A DNA stretch of 63,263 nucleotides, filler included, from Octopus bimaculoides (lineage: Eukaryota), in NCBI RefSeq assembly GCF_001194135.2. It is 5 parts of 5 records of this genome, joined end to end, with 100 filler letters (N's around TTAATTAATTAA, not from the genome) between each part and the next. Parts side by side here need not be neighbours in the genome. Positions count along the whole stretch, not along the records: positions 60,422 to 63,263 come from NC_069004.1; 4 more parts are not named here. One strand, given 5' to 3'. A program made the position numbers and the translations under genes. Numbering within the stretch: the stretch's first letter is position 1; each line of letters opens with the position of its first letter. Positions 61,230 to 63,263 of this stretch are shown piece by piece. Below the pieces are notes generated by a model. The model was not told where the DNA came from and did no database searches. It saw only the letters and a list, made by a program, of their open reading frames with translations.

Positions 61230-61506
61230 TCCTCCTCCTCCTCCTCATAATCATCACCATCATCATCCTCTTCAGCAGCAGCGGTAGCAGTAGCAGCTGC
61301 AGCATCGATATCATCATCATCATCATCATCATCATCACCATCATCATCATTATCATTATTATTGCTGCTGCTGCTGCCCCTGCTATTGTTGTTCTTATAG
61401 TTTTCGTTCAAAACAAACCACTATTAATTCAACATTGCTGCTTTACGTTTTTGATATTGTTGTACTCGTTGTTGTTGGTGTTGTTGTTGTTGCTCTGGTT
61501 TTTCAC

Positions 61507-61538
<32 letters not shown>

Positions 61539-62061
61539 CTTCTTCTTCTTACTGCCGTAGTAACCATCATTGTTGGTGTTGCTGTTACCGTCTTAGTTAC
61601 TCTGTCCTTTTTCGCCGATGTGTTTTTTTTTTACTTTGGTTTTACTCATATTTCTTGTTTCGTTTTGCTTCTTTTTTGAGGGGCGGGGGTTTGTTTTGAT
61701 GTTGCTGTTGTTGTTCTTTTCTTTTGTTGTTGTTTTCTTTCTCTTAATCTTTCTATTATTGCTATTGTAATTTGTGCCATTGTAATTGTTGTTCTGATTG
61801 TTGTTGATTTCACGACGTGAACATTATTCAATTTAACATCAATTATATTATTATTATTATTATTATTACTATTATTATTATTCATCATCATCATCATCAC
61901 GACCACCACCATCACCATCCCCATCAACACCATCATCATCATTTTTATTATTAGTATCATTTTTCTCATTTTTTTCATGTTGTTATTGTCATTTTCATAT
62001 TTATTTTCTTAATCATCATCACCACCATCATCATCATCATCATCACCATCATCATCACCAA

Positions 62062-62102
<41 letters not shown>

Positions 62103-62173
62103 CCACCACCACCACCATCGTCATCATCATCATCATCATTATCATTATTATTATTATCATCATTGTTATTATT

Positions 62174-62217
<44 letters not shown>

Positions 62218-62240
62218 TATTGTTGTTATTATTAATACAT
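61230..62240. repeat. (CAT)n/(TTG)n/(TTA)n low-complexity region
   Basis: Visible directly. Confidence 0.9.
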
Positions 62241-62511
62241 GACGCAATAGAACCTTAATAAATCAGAGATGGGCGTAATGAAGGAGTAAATTTTAAAAAA
62301 AGACAAAGACAAAGAAAAAGAAGGACTGAAAAGAAAGGAAAGAAGGGAGGAAGAACGGAAGAATGTAGCAGGTACAAAGGAGAGTCATATGTTCTTTAAA
62401 ATTAGCGGAAAAGAAAGAAAATACGATGGAATAACAATGAAATATTTTAAGTCGCAGAAAACATACAGAGAATTCAATATGGCGGTATTAAAACTTGAAA
62501 TAACGGAACGG

Positions 62512-62553
<42 letters not shown>

Positions 62554-62931
62554 NNNNNNNNNNGGCATGTTAGCAATGAGCTCACAGCTTCATAACTGGT
62601 CTCATATTAAACTCTTAAATCTTACGCGTTTCGATTTCGCGCGTTACATCGGAGAATATGCCACGGTCCGGGATGTGAGCTCCATCATGTTATTTACAGA
62701 AACGCAGAAAACGTTACAGGCATTTCTTTTGTTTTAATGCTTAAATATACATACATCTCAATACATGGGGCTGTTTATTTCCCCACTGTTTCGGCAAGAC
62801 AGTTTTTGCCGAAATATCGTCGGTTGATTGAAAGAATAATAAGTTCAACCATAAGAATGCCAAAATGGTTTATCGCTTTCTACGTCTCTTATAATACGAT
62901 GTGGGTGTCTGTATCTCAGTATATATGTGTG

Positions 62932-63202
62932 GAGACCCCCTTCGATCACGAATGACCATGGGATTGCACCTAGAAAGTTACCCTCCGAGGCACAAGTCTG
63001 GGCAAGGTTGTTTATGGAAGACCAGCAGTCGCCCATGCATACAAGCCTTCCCTCTCCATGCCACCAATGTTATCCAAAGGAAAGGCAAAGGGGCCGATAC
63101 AGCTTGGCACTAGTGACACCACAACTCATTTCTAGGGCTGAGTGAACTGAAGCAACGAGAAATAAAGTATCTTGCTCAGAAACACAACACGCAGCCCGGT
63201 CC

Positions 63203-63203
<1 letters not shown>
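62932..63203 (-). mobile_element. SINE family D lacking its tRNA head, ending at (TA)n
   Basis: Reverse complement of family D body and tail. Confidence 0.88.
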
Positions 63204-63240
<37 letters not shown>

Positions 63241-63263
63241 TAAGATTTTTAAACTTTTAAATT

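Noticed and set aside
62789-62814. 9-bp perfect hairpin TTTCGGCAA/TTGCCGAAA
   Set aside because: Isolated, with no downstream CTRR Helitron end; plausible by chance in 63 kb.

Overview
Repeat-saturated eukaryotic DNA with many assembly gaps. The SINE families, microsatellite load and N-TTAATTAATTAA-N scaffold spacers suggest an octopus genome (inference, not verified by search). I found no complete host gene. Most sequence is tRNA-derived SINEs (my labels A-D, plus an unclassified family E), decayed non-LTR retrotransposons (R4/Dong, L1/Tx1-like, RTE, CR1/L2, Penelope-like), a 1.3-kb mariner relic, MITEs, a Helitron-like element and microsatellites. Nearly all long ORFs in the supplied track are translations of microsatellites or N runs. 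Main points of interest: (i) a SINE 3' tail about 80% identical to the 3' end of a Tx1/L1-like LINE in the same window, with a small stem-loop showing compensatory changes; (ii) same-orientation retroposon stacks at trinucleotide repeats; (iii) a clean 30-nt plus-strand microexon and a phase-compatible chain of other short candidate exons; (iv) a CpG-poor block at about 43.6-55.4 kb with minus-strand candidate exons, next to a YY1+CRE promoter-like site; (v) cryptic 46-bp and 49-bp tandem arrays with an inverted repeat in each unit. All alignments, counts and family assignments were made by eye.
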